From positions 84,878,001 through 84,942,000 of the forward strand of contig CM060731.1 of assembly GCA_030704615.1 (NCBI GenBank): DNA of 64,000 nt, in the 5' to 3' direction. This DNA is from Takakia lepidozioides. Lineage: Eukaryota > Plantae > Bryophyta. A program made the translations under genes and the position numbers. The notes below the pieces were generated by a model. That model did not search any database, was not told where the DNA came from, and saw nothing but the letters and a program-made list of their open reading frames with translations. This document shows positions 13,096-26,076 of this stretch, piece after piece (positions within the stretch are counted from its first letter, which is position 1; every line of letters begins with the position of its first letter).

Positions 13096-13215
13096 CTCGT
13101 TTGGCTGCTGTGTGAATTCTGCAGGTGCTGCAGGCTAGACCTCCGTGTTTCATGTACCGCCAGCCCAGGTCATGGGAAAACTAAATACTGGCCAATAACG
13201 GCACCGAAATTGCAG

Positions 13216-16200
13216 GAGTTCTGCAATAGTGAACGAAGAGAACACCCTTTTTTGGGGGCATTTTTGATTGGTCCGAATTCCGGCGGGGGAGTAGCGGTGG
13301 GATGCTGGAAGCCGCTGAACAAAATTGAGCCAAAAACGAAATCGATACGTGCCAGAAACCCCCAATGAAAGGCAGTGCAAACCTATTTACTGGCTTAAAA
13401 TAAATTTAAATTCGATTAAATTGTGGAATGGCTTGAGGGAGGAGCGCGTCGATGGGGAGGCAAATGATTTATTCGTCTGTTGTGTCTCCGCACATGTTCG
13501 AGCACATGCGGGCAAAAGAGGGGCTTCAACCACATCCGTTCAATGGGTGCAATAGTCGTGCGCGCATTGCAGGATTTCTTTTTTCGCATTGAACAAAAAC
13601 CAGATGACAAGTGAACGCCTCGTTGGACAATCGAACGAATTTCGATTATTACACTGGGACGTATCGGAGGGTACATTGAACACACCGGCCAAGTTTCAAA
13701 GCGAACGAAAAATCATTTGGATGGGCAACCATCCGTTGGCCCGTTGAACGAATTTCGATTGATCTCATATTACTCTGGGGCGCCTTACATGGCACATTGA
13801 ACATAGTGGCCAAGTCTCAAAGCCAACCAAAATCATTTCGATGGCCAACCATCCGTTGAGCCATCGAATGAATTTCGATTGATCTCTGTTTCCTTTCTGC
13901 CTCTGCTTTGTATTGCATGTTGTACAACGATAACAAGCGTGAGACCTGCGATTCACCTGGGGTTCCACATCGTCTCTAACTTAACTGTTTCTGATTGCGT
14001 GTGATGGGACCAGGTGAGGGTCCTCACTTAACATGGATTTTAAAGCTTGAAGTTGATTGGAATCGAGTTGAAGAAGCGACGCCATCTGTATCTTTGGGGG
14101 AGAACGATCCTTTCTTCCTCTTTCCTTTGATCTTGATGGCTCCTATGTTTAACCTAGTATGGTGGACAATCAATCATTAGGGCGACTGTCTCTTGTTCCC
14201 TATGGCATACTGATGTGACGATGGAGCAATGATACGACAAGCTGACGTGCGTGCCAAATTTGGGAGCGATCCAAATTCATTTGGACCCAAAACCACAGTT
14301 TCTTCCCTGTTTTGCACTCCAAACTTGATTTGTGTTCTACTTCGTGCACTCTTCATAGAGAGTTCTGCAATAGTGAACGAAGAGAACACCCTTTTTTGGG
14401 GGCATTTTTGATTGGTCCGAATTCCGGCGGGGGAGTAGCGGTGGGATGCTGGAAGCCGCTGAACAAAATTGAGCCAAAAATGAAATCGATACGTGCCAGA
14501 AACCCCCAATGAAAGGCAGTGCAAACCTATTTACTGGCTTAAAATAAATTTAAATTCGATTAAATTGTGGAATGGCTTGAGGGAGGAGCGCGTCGATGGG
14601 GAGGCAAATGATTTATTCGTCTGTTGTGTCTCCGCACATGTTCGAGCACATGCGGGCAAAAGAGGGGCTTCAACCACATCCGTTCAATGGGTGCAATAGT
14701 CGTGCGCGCATTGCAGGATTTCTTTTTTCGCATTGAACAAAAACCAGATGACAAGTGAACGCCTCGTTGGACAATCGAACGAATTTCGATTATTACACTG
14801 GGACGTATCGGAGGGTACATTGAACACACCGGCCAAGTTTCAAAGCGAACGAAAAATCATTTGGATGGGCAACCATCCGTTGGCCCGTTGAACGAATTTC
14901 GATTGATCTCATATTACTCTGGGGCGCCTTACATGGCACATTGAACATAGTGGCCAAGTCTCAAAGCCAACCAAAATCATTTCGATGGCCAACCATCCGT
15001 TGAGCCATCGAATGAATTTCGATTGATCTCTGTTTCCTTTCTGCCTCTGCTTTGTATTGCATGTTGTACAACGATAACAAGCGTGAGACCTGCGATTCAC
15101 CTGGGGTTCCACATCGTCTCTAACTTAACTGTTTCTGATTGCGTGTGATGGGACCAGGTGAGGGTCCTCACTTAACATGGATTTTAAAGCTTGAAGTTGA
15201 TTGGAATCGAGTTGAAGAAGCGACGCCATCTGTATCTTTGGGGGAGAACGATCCTTTCTTCCTCTTTCCTTTGATCTTGATGGCTCCTATGTTTAACCTA
15301 GTATGGTGGACAATCAATCATTAGGGCGACTGTCTCTTGTTCCCTATGGCATACTGATGTGACGATGGAGCAATGATACGACAAGCTGACGTGCGTGCCA
15401 AATTTGGGAGCGATCCAAATTCATTGGACCCAAAACCACAGTTTCTTCCCTGTTTTGCACTCCAAACTTGATTTGTGTTCTACTTCGTGCACTCTTCATA
15501 GAGAGTTCTGCAATAGTGAACGAAGAGAACACCCTTTTTGGGGGCATTTTTGATTGGTCCGAATTCCGGCGGGGGAGTAGCGGTGGGATGCTGGAAGCCG
15601 CTGAACAAAATTGAGCCAAAAACGAAATCGATACGTGCCAGAAACCCCCAATGAAAGGCAGTGCAAACCTATTTACTGGCTTAAAATAAATTTAAATTCG
15701 ATTAAATTGTGGAATGGCTTGAGGGAGGAGCGCGTCGATGGGGAGGCAAATGATTTATTCGTCTGTTGTGTCTCCGCACATGTTCGAGCACATGCGGGCA
15801 AAAGAGGGGCTTCAACCACATCCGTTCAATGGGTGCAATAGTCGTGCGCGCATTGCAGGATTTCTTTTTTCGCATTGAACAAAAACCAGATGACAAGTGA
15901 ACGCCTCGTTGGACAATCGAACGAATTTCGATTATTACACTGGGACGTATCGGAGGGTACATTGAACACACCGGCCAAGTTTCAAAGCGAACGAAAAATC
16001 ATTTGGATGGGCAACCATCCGTTGGCCCGTTGAACGAATTTCGATTGATCTCATATTACTCTGGGGCGCCTTACATGGCACATTGAACATAGTGGCCAAG
16101 TCTCAAAGCCAACCAAAATCATTTCGATGGCCAACCATCCGTTGAGCCATCGAATGAATTTCGATTGATCTCTGTTTCCTTTCTGCCTCTGCTTTGTATT

Positions 16201-19200
16201 GCATGTTGTACAACGATAACAAGCGTGAGACCTGCGATTCACCTGGGGTTCCACATCGTCTCTAACTTAACTGTTTCTGATTGCGTGTGATGGGACCAGG
16301 TGAGGGTCCTCACTTAACATGGATTTTAAAGCTTGAAGTTGATTGGAATCGAGTTGAAGAAGCGACGCCATCTGTATCTTTGGGGGAGAACGATCCTTTC
16401 TTCCTCTTTCCTTTGATCTTGATGGCTCCTATGTTTAACCTAGTATGGTGGACAATCAATCATTAGGGCGACTGTCTCTTGTTCCCTATGGCATACTGAT
16501 GTGACGATGGAGCAATGATACGACAAGCTGACGTGCGTGCCAAATTTGGGAGCGATCCAAATTCATTTGGACCCAAAACCACAGTTTCTTCCCTGTTTTG
16601 CACTCCAAACTTGATTTGTGTTCTACTTCGTGCACTCTTCATAGAGAGTTCTGCAATAGTGAACGAAGAGAACACCCTTTTTGGGGGCATTTTTGATTGG
16701 TCCGAATTCCGGCGGGGGAGTAGCGGTGGGATGCTGGAAGCCGCTGAACAAAATTGAGCCAAAAACGAAATCGATACGTGCCAGAAACCCCCAATGAAAG
16801 GCAGTGCAAACCTATTTACTGGCTTAAAATAAATTTAAATTCAATTAAATTGTGGAATGGCTTGAGGGAGGAGCGCGTCGATGGGGAGGCAAATGATTTA
16901 TTCGTCTGTTGTGTCTCCGCACATGTTCGAGCACATGCGGGCAAAAGAGGGGCTTCAACCACATCCGTTCAATGGGTGCAATAGTCGTGCGCGCATTGCA
17001 GGATTTCTTTTTTCGCATTGAACAAAAACCAGATGACAAGTGAACGCCTCGTTGGACAATCGAACGAATTTCGATTATTACACTGGGACGTATCGGAGGG
17101 TACATTGAACACACCGGCCAAGTTTCAAAGCGAACGAAAAATCATTTGGATGGGCAACCATCCGTTGGCCCGTTGAACGAATTTCGATTGATCTCATATT
17201 ACTCTGGGGCGTCTTACATGGCACATTGAACATAGTGGCCAAGTCTCAAAGCCAACCAAAATCATTTCGATGGCCAACCATCCGTTGAGCCATCGAATGA
17301 ATTTCGATTGATCTCTGTTTCCTTTCTGCCTCTGCTTTGTATTGCATGTTGTACAACGATAACAAGCGTGAGACCTGCGATTCACCTGGGGTTCCACATC
17401 GTCTCTAACTTAACTGTTTGATTGCGTGTGATGGGACCAGGTGAGGGTCCTCACTTAACATGGATTTTAAAGCTTGAAGTTGATTGGAATCGAGTTGAAG
17501 AAGCGACGCCATCTGTATCTTTGGGGGAGAACGATCCTTTCTTCCTCTTTCCTTTGATCTTGATGGCTCCTATGTTTAACCTAGTATGGTGGACAATCAA
17601 TCATTAGGGCGACTGTCTCTTGTTCCCTATGGCATACTGATGTGACGATGGAGCAATGATACGACAAGCTGACGTGCGTGCCAAATTTGGGAGCGATCCA
17701 AATTCATTTGGACCCAAAACCACAGTTTCTTCCCTGTTTTGCACTCCAAACTTGATTTGTGTTCTACTTCGTGCACTCTTCATAGAGAGTTCTGCAATAG
17801 TGAACGAAGAGAACACCCTTTTTGGGGGCATTTTTGATTGGTCCGAATTCGGCGGGGGGAGTAGCGGTGGGATGCTGGAAGCCGCTGAACAAAATTGAGC
17901 CAAAAACGAAATCGATACGTGCCAGAAACCCCAATGAAAGGCAGTGCAAACCTATTTACTGGCTTAAAATAAATTTAAATTCGATAAATTGTGGAATGGC
18001 TTGAGGGAGGAGCGCGTCGATGGGGAGGCAAATGATTTATTCGTCTGTTGTGTCTCCGCACATGTTCGAGCACATGCGGGCAAAAGAGGGGCTTCAACCA
18101 CATCCGTTCAATGGGTGCAATAGTCGTGCGCGCATTGCAGGATTTCTTTTTTCGCATTGAACAAAAACCAGATGACAAGTGAACGCCTCGTTGGACAATC
18201 GAACGAATTTCGATTATTACACTGGGACGTATCGGAGGGTACATTGAACACACGGCCAAGTTTCAAAGCGAACGAAAAATCATTTGGATGGGCAACCATC
18301 CGTTGGCCCGTTGAACGAATTTCGATTGATCTCATATTACTCTGGGGCGTCTTACATGGCACATTGAACATAGTGGCCAAGTCTCAAAGCCAACCAAAAT
18401 CATTTCGATGGCCAACCATCCGTTGAGCCATCGAATGAATTTCGATTGATCTCTGTTTCCTTTCTGCCTCTGCTTTGTATTGCATGTTGTACAACGATAA
18501 CAAGCGTGAGACCTGCGATTCACCTGGGGTTCCACATCGTCTCTAACTTAACTGTTTCTGATTGCGTGTGATGGGACCAGGTGAGGGTCCTCACTTAACA
18601 TGGATTTTAAAGCTTGAAGTTGATTGGAATCGAGTTGAAGAAGCGACGCCATCTGTATCTTGGGGGGGAGAACGATCCTTTCTTCCTCTTTCCTTTGATC
18701 TTGATGGCTCCTATGTTTAACCTAGTATGGTGGACAATCAATCATTAGGGCGACTGTCTCTTGTTCCCTATGGCATACTGATGTGACGATGGAGCAATGA
18801 TACGACAAGCTGACGTGCGTGCCAAATTTGGGAGCGATCCAAATTCATTTGGACCCAAAACCACAGTTTCTTCCCTGTTTTGCACTCCAAACTTGATTTG
18901 TGTTCTACTTCGTGCACTCTTCATAGAGAGTTCTGCAATAGTGAACGAAGAGAACACCCTTTTTTGGGGGCATTTTTGATTGGTCCGAATTCCGGCGGGG
19001 GAGTAGCGGTGGGATGCTGGAAGCCGCTGAACAAAATTGAGCCAAAAACGAAATCGATACGTGCCAGAAACCCCCAATGAAAGGCAGTGCAAACCTATTT
19101 ACTGGCTTAAAATAAATTTAAATTCAATTAAATTGTGGAATGGCTTGAGGGAGGAGCGCGTCGATGGGGAGGCAAATGATTTATTCGTCTGTTGTGTCTC

Positions 19201-22182
19201 CGCACATGTTCGAGCACATGCGGGCAAAAGAGGGGCTTCAACCACATCCGTTCAATGGGTGCAATAGTCGTGCGCGCATTGCAGGATTTCTTTTTTCGCA
19301 TTGAACAAAAACCAGATGACAAGTGAACGCCTCGTTGGACAATCGAACGAATTTCGATTATTACACTGGGACGTATCGGAGGGTACATTGAACACACCGG
19401 CCAAGTTTCAAAGCGAACGAAAAATCATTTGGATGGGCAACCATCCGTTGGCCCGTTGAACGAATTTCGATTGATCTCATATTACTCTGGGGCGTCTTAC
19501 ATGGCACATTGAACATAGTGGCCAAGTCTCAAAGCCAACCAAAATCATTTCGATGGCCAACCATCCGTTGAGCCATCGAATGAATTTCGATTGATCTCTG
19601 TTTCCTTTCTGCCTCTGCTTTGTATTGCATGTTGTACAACGATAACAAGCGTGAGACCTGCGATTCACCTGGGGTTCCACATCGTCTCTAACTTAACTGT
19701 TTCTGATTGCGTGTGATGGGACCAGGTGAGGGTCCTCACTTAACATGGATTTTAAAGCTTGAAGTTGATTGGAATCGAGTTGAAGAAGCGACGCCATCTG
19801 TATCTTTGGGGGAGAACGATCCTTTCTTCCTCTTTCCTTTGATCTTGATGGCTCCTATGTTTAACCTAGTATGGTGGACAATCAATCATTAGGGCGACTG
19901 TCTCTTGTTCCCTATGGCATATACTGATGTGACGATGGAGCAATGATACGACAAGCTGACGTGCGTGCCAAATTTGGGAGCGATCCAAATTCATTTGGAC
20001 CCAAAACCACAGTTTCTTCCCTGTTTTGCACTCCAAACTTGATTTGTGTTCTACTTCGTGCACTCTTCATAGAGAGTTCTGCAATAGTGAACGAAGAGAA
20101 CACCCTTTTTTGGGGGCATTTTTGATTGGTCCGAATTCCGGCGGGGGAGTAGCGGTGGGATGCTGGAAGCCGCTGAACAAAATTGAGCCAAAAACGAAAT
20201 CGATACGTGCCAGAAACCCCCAATGAAAGGCAGTGCAAACCTATTTACTGGCTTAAAATAAATTTAAATTCAATTAAATTGTGGAATGGCTTGAGGGAGG
20301 AGCGCGTCGATGGGGAGGCAAATGATTTATTCGTCTGTTGTGTCTCCGCACATGTTCGAGCACATGCGGGCAAAAGAGGGGCTTCAACCACATCCGTTCA
20401 ATGGGTGCAATAGTCGTGCGCGCATTGCAGGATTTCTTTTTCGCATTGAACAAAAACCAGATGACAAGTGAACGCCTCGTTGGACAATCGAACGAATTTC
20501 GATTATTACACTGGGACGTATCGGAGGGTACATTGAACACACCGGCCAAGTTTCAAAGCGAACGAAAAATCATTTGGATGGGCAACCATCCGTTGGCCGT
20601 TGAACGAATTTCGATTGATCTCATATTACTCTGGGGCGTCTTACATGGCACATTGAACATAGTGGCCAAGTCTCAAAGCCAACCAAAATCATTTCGATGG
20701 CCAACCATCCGTTGAGCCATCGAATGAATTTCGATTGATCTCTGTTTCCTTTCTGCCTCTGCTTTGTATTGCATGTTGTACAACGATAACAAGCGTGAGA
20801 CCTGCGATTCACCTGGGGTTCCACATCGTCTCTAACTTAACTGTTTCTGATTGCGTGTGATGGGACCAGGTGAGGGTCCTCACTTAACATGGATTTTAAA
20901 GCTTGAAGTTGATTGGAATCGAGTTGAAGAAGCGACGCCATCTGTATCTTTGGGGGAGAACGATCCTTTCTTCCTCTTTCTTTGATCTTGATGGCTCCTA
21001 TGTTTAACCTAGTATGGTGGACAATCAATCATTAGGGCGACTGTCTCTTGTTCCCTATGGCATACTGATGTGACGATGGAGCAATGATACGACAAGCTGA
21101 CGTGCGTGCCAAATTTGGGAGCGATCCAAATTCATTTGGACCCAAAACCACAGTTTCTTCCCTGCTGTTTTGCACTCCAAACTTGATTTGTGTTCTACTT
21201 CGTGCACTCTTCATAGAGAGTTCTGCAATAGTGAACGAAGAGAACACCCTTTTTTGGGGGCATTTTGATTGGTCCGAATTCCGGCGGGGGAGTAGCGGTG
21301 GGATGCTGGAAGCCGCTGAACAAAATTGAGCCAAAAACGAAATCGATACGTGCCAGAAACCCCCAATGAAAGGCAGTGCAAACCTATTTACTGGCTTAAA
21401 ATAAATTTAAATTCGAATTAAATTGTGGAATGGCTTGAGGGAGGAGCGCGTCGATGGGGAGGCAAATGATTTATTCGTCTGTTGTGTCTCCGCACATGTT
21501 CGAGCACATGCGGGCAAAAGAGGGGCTTCAACCACATCCGTTCAATGGGTGCAATAGTCGTGCGCGCATTGCAGGATTTCTTTTTCGCATTGAACAAAAA
21601 CCAGATGACAAGTGAACGCCTCGTTGGACAATCGAACGAATTTCGATTATTACACTGGGACGTATCGGAGGGTACATTGAACACACCGGCCAAGTTTCAA
21701 AGCGAACGAAAATCATTGGATGGGCAACCATCCGTTGGCCCGTTGAACGAATTTCGATTGATCTCATATTACTGGGGCGCTTACATGGCACATTGAACAT
21801 AGTGGCCAAGTCTCAAGCCAACCAAAATCATTTCGATGGCCAAACATCCGTTGACCAAAATCATTTCGATGGCCAAACCACCGTTGAGCCATCGAATGAA
21901 TTTCGATTGATCTCTGTTTTCCTTTCTCCTCTGCTTTGTATTGCATGTTGTACAACGATAACAACGTGAGACCTCGATTCACCTGGGGTTCCACATCGTC
22001 TCTAACTAACTGTTTCTGATTGCGTGTGATGGGACCAGGTTGAGTGGGTCCTCACTTAACATGGATTTTAAAGCTTTGAAGTTGATTGGAATCGAGTTAA
22101 GAATCGACGCCATCTGTATCTTTGGGAGAACGATCCTTTCTTCCTCTTTCCTTTGATCTTGATGCTCCTATGTTTAAACCTA
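13216..22182. repeat. Tandem array of a ~1,144-bp unit, about 7.8 copies, running into the assembly gap
   Basis: Unit starts (gagttctgcaatagtg) at 13216, 14360, 15503, 16646, 17787, 18928, 20074 and 21218; copies nearly identical; internal ~120-bp subrepeats (acattgaac...gaatttcgattgatctc). Confidence 0.98.
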
Positions 22183-22682
22183 NNNNNNNNNNNNNNNNNN
22201 NNNNNNNNNNNNNNNNNNNNNNNNNNNNNNNNNNNNNNNNNNNNNNNNNNNNNNNNNNNNNNNNNNNNNNNNNNNNNNNNNNNNNNNNNNNNNNNNNNNN
22301 NNNNNNNNNNNNNNNNNNNNNNNNNNNNNNNNNNNNNNNNNNNNNNNNNNNNNNNNNNNNNNNNNNNNNNNNNNNNNNNNNNNNNNNNNNNNNNNNNNNN
22401 NNNNNNNNNNNNNNNNNNNNNNNNNNNNNNNNNNNNNNNNNNNNNNNNNNNNNNNNNNNNNNNNNNNNNNNNNNNNNNNNNNNNNNNNNNNNNNNNNNNN
22501 NNNNNNNNNNNNNNNNNNNNNNNNNNNNNNNNNNNNNNNNNNNNNNNNNNNNNNNNNNNNNNNNNNNNNNNNNNNNNNNNNNNNNNNNNNNNNNNNNNNN
22601 NNNNNNNNNNNNNNNNNNNNNNNNNNNNNNNNNNNNNNNNNNNNNNNNNNNNNNNNNNNNNNNNNNNNNNNNNNNNNNNNNN
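22183..22682. other. Scaffold gap (500 N)
   Basis: Run of N; adjacency across it is not established. Confidence 1.
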
Positions 22683-23012
22683 CCACAACATTTTCAAATG
22701 TCAATTTGCTGTGGTCATCCATATTTGTCACGTACATTACACACGTCTATCCATACCTGCTCTGATCACCCATCCTGTTGGATCCACAATCCTCCAGAAA
22801 ATGATTGAGGATGTTTGTAGGACGCCCTCTTGTCATTGCAGGACTTCGCTGTGGAGCGTAAAGAGAGTTCTTGTCCTCAACATGGACGCTTGTGTTTGGG
22901 TAAACGTGTATTTCCATCCTCATTCTCTAAAAGCTGAAATACCCTGCAACAATGGATTTGCAACTGTCACTGAGTAGTACTTGGTATCAAGTTCGGCCTC
23001 CATCCATGAACG

Positions 23013-23802
23013 GTGTTCTTGGAAGATGAGACGAAGGATGCTTATGGGAATTTTTTGGAAAGTGCCGTCATTCTGCATACATATTTTGGCAACGGCAAAG
23101 AGTGGCGGCTCCCAATTTCTGAATCCATACCTTACAGTGTAATTGGTGAAATCGTGCCTAAAGAGTTCCCACGCTGGAACTTGTCTGAGCCTCCTTCCAC
23201 AAGAGGGTCTGGCTTCCAAGATGTGAAGTCTGCCATGAGGGATGTGGACACCTCCTCACAAGCAGAGAAGCCAAAACATGTGAAAAGGGAAACCAAATCG
23301 GAAGAGGTGCCGCTCCATTGCTCGTCTTTGGGTGCACTTTGCAGGGAAACAGTCGTCCACAATTTATCCAGTGACGAAGAAGACTGTATGGTCCTTCCAT
23401 CGTATGTGTCGAAGTCCTCCGTCTCCAGGAGTGTGCAGATGTCGACAAACAATGAGCACACACCCTCGGACTCAACTTCTGTCCGCTCAGTAATTGACAT
23501 ATTACGGAGAATGAAGACTGCGGGTTCCCGCTTTAGTGACCTTCTTATGCTTGACTACGACAAAACTCCAATCCATTCTGTGGAGACTTTGCCTGAAGTT
23601 GTGGATGGGAATGTTATCTACGAGTTCCCTCTAGTGCCGCCGAGCGCAGGCCCCGACGGCATGCTGGCAGGAATGAACAGGAAACATGACGGCCACCCAT
23701 GGTGTGTCACCAAAACTTCCTCGTCCAATCTGGGTGATGGAGTTCGTGTGCTCGTGTAGTGGTAACATGTGCTCGAGAAATATTTCAAATGTCCAGCACA
23801 CA
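23013..23802 (+). pseudogene. N-terminal part of a MULE-like transposase gene
   Basis: ORF ending GNVIYEFP..GMNRKHDGHPWCVTKT, then a Cys-rich segment cut at 23802; its apparent continuation lies inverted at 25272-26076. Confidence 0.6.
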
Positions 23803-25271
23803 GAAGAAGATGGGGACGAGGCTGAAGATGAGCACCGCCTTCCGACCCACGACCGACGGCCAAACGGAAAGAGTGAATTCCGTAGTGAAGCAGATCTTGC
23901 GGAATTACGTGTCGGCAGACCAAACAGACTGGGTGGAACACTTAGACGCAGCAGAGTTTTGTTATAATAACATAGAACACTCCGCAACGGGAGTTTTCCC
24001 TTTCATATTGGTCTATGGAAAAGCACCTCTGGTGCCGACAAGTTGGGCCGCCTAGGACGTTGCGGAACCGGCAGTAGCGGCGGTACTGGAAGAACGCGAG
24101 CGTTTGTTGAAGCTCGCAAAGTACAACATTGCCAAAGCTAGGAAACGGTATGAAAGGCAGGTGAATCGGAAGCGGAGGGAAGTCAAGTTTGAGGCAGGCA
24201 CGGAGGTCTGGTTGAACATCAAGAATTTCCGACTACCTCCGGAAGTGAGTCCAAAGTTCGTACCTCCATATGCGGGACCCTTTCGCATCCGGAAGGTTAT
24301 GAATGAGGATGTGTATGAATTGGAGCTGTTGGCAAACAGCAAGGTGCATCCAGTATTCCACGTCTCCCTTTTGAAGCCTTACTTCAAAGATGAAGCGCGT
24401 CCGAATCGGCATCAAGTGTTGTGTCCACCACCTGTGCTGTTGGATCATGAAAATGAACCCGAGTACGAGGTGGAGGCAGTACTTAAGTCGAGGAGGTTCA
24501 AGAATCGAGAAACATAGTATCTCGTCAAATGGAAGGGCTATCATCATGTGGAGGCATCTTGGGTGCGTGCCTCAGAAATGGGAAACGCATCTGAGGCGGT
24601 TGCAGTTTTCGAAGGACGACCTCAAAAGTGGAAGAAGCGTTGATGGGGACATCAACCTTGGAGCGTGGGGGAGGAAATGCATGCTTAGCCCGGCTTAGCT
24701 AGCTTAGGAATCCGATTGCAAAAACTTGTATTGTACAAAAAATTGTTATAAAGGAAATGGGTTCCAAATGTTGTGCGTCCTATTTTGTTTAGAATGGTGA
24801 TGCATGGTGTGGTTGGCTAGTGTGTAGAATGCATGCTAGCTTACAAAAGTGGGAAAGGTAAATTGGGTTAATCGTGTGTTTGCGCAGTGCCGAAATCGGA
24901 TGACTCCCATCCAAGGGGCAAGGAAACTTGCGCCTTCTTTAGGAGTTCACGTGCTAGTGCGCACCTGGCGCGTGCGTATACTATAACTGCGCTACCGAGG
25001 GGGTTGCTTTGTAGTGCGGGCTAACGTGGAAGCTACGTGCTTCCGTTCACGTACTATAATCGTGTAGCCTCGGGACGAAGTCGTAGTGCGGCTTCGGCGT
25101 GTTCCCGTACCTCAGGCCAGCATTCCAAGGCGGACCCAATTGTAGTGATTGGGGCGCGCGGTTGGTTCAAGGTTATCTTCCTAGTCAAAGAGGGTTCGAG
25201 GTGAACCCTTGCTCAAGGTGGTGCCAAAAGCTGCATCATGAGCGGTCGCAAGCAATGTTGTTGCAGTAAGG
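23803..25271 (+). mobile_element. Chromovirus fragment: integrase C-terminus, chromodomain, PPT and first ~590 bp of the LTR
   Basis: Highly similar to 46022-47481; GPF(GPY) motif, VHPVFHVSLLKPY, YEVEAVL..LVKWKGY; LTR starts at 24678. Confidence 0.95.
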
Positions 25272-26076
25272 TGCCACATATGCACCTCCGAATATGTGTC
25301 CTCTCCTTTCATTTCGCAGATAACAATGGTCATCAACTTTCTGCAATGTGGGTCGTATACGTGTGCCCCCTTTGTCACCCAATCGTGATTGGTAATTTGC
25401 CTGATGTGGTCGAACATGACCCAACAATTTGAGAGGTCTCCACTGGTCCTCCTGTTCACCAAATCGACACCGCTCCCCGGTCCGGACGTTGACATCTTGA
25501 ATATGAAGCACATGTCCGTCTCTGAGCCTTGACTAGGAAAGAGGCTGCCCTGGATGAAGTCGTAGCCGCATGTGCGCTTCACTTCCAAGATAGACTGCAT
25601 GTCTGATCCTTTCCCGATTTGCTTCTTGTAGCCGATAATGTGGTTCCTGACATTGGGGCTGCACACATGGGAGACAGCTTCCAGCAGCTCCTTCATGTCC
25701 CCCTCGCCCAGCTTCTCTCTTGTGCTCCCGTCATCCAACATTATTTTGTGTATTGCAATTCAATTTTCAGATGCGAGTTGTATCTGCTTTGGTTTTGCGC
25801 CTGGCCTCAACCTCACCTCCTTCGTGATAATATTGTGGGCCTATTGAAAAGCAATTCTGGAATTGCCTCTGGCGAGGGGGTGGTCATGCTTTCCGATGTG
25901 AATGCATGCTCTGGTGCACGCAGGGCCGATGGTCCCGACGTAGTACTGTTTGGCGTTGCACACGGACATGTATGTTGGTGCTGCGTTGCAACGGGCACAC
26001 TTGAACGTTCTTGGAGGAACTCTACCTTGAGGACAAAATGGGGTCGTCGAATTGCCAATCTAGTCTGTCTCATTCT
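25272..26076 (-). pseudogene. Central part of a MULE-like transposase (zinc-binding region and first catalytic-Asp region)
   Basis: C..C..CNAKQYYV..TRACIHIGKHDHP, then FKMSTSGPGSGVDLV..WVMFDH..HVYDP..MTI..EMKGED. Confidence 0.65.

Noticed and set aside
13194-13211. PBS-like or family motif atttcggtgccgttattg (reverse strand here; also at ~29216)
   Set aside because: Lacks the TGG start of a PBS and no LTR could be delimited; an 18-bp match alone is insufficient.
13216-22182. rDNA/5S/snRNA array, TRIM tandem array, or repeated small genes
   Set aside because: No recognisable RNA gene, no clear LTR-PBS-PPT layout, and the short ORFs lack motifs and are broken by indels between units.
22068-22977. 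Long ORFs spanning the N run
   Set aside because: Artefacts of translating the gap.
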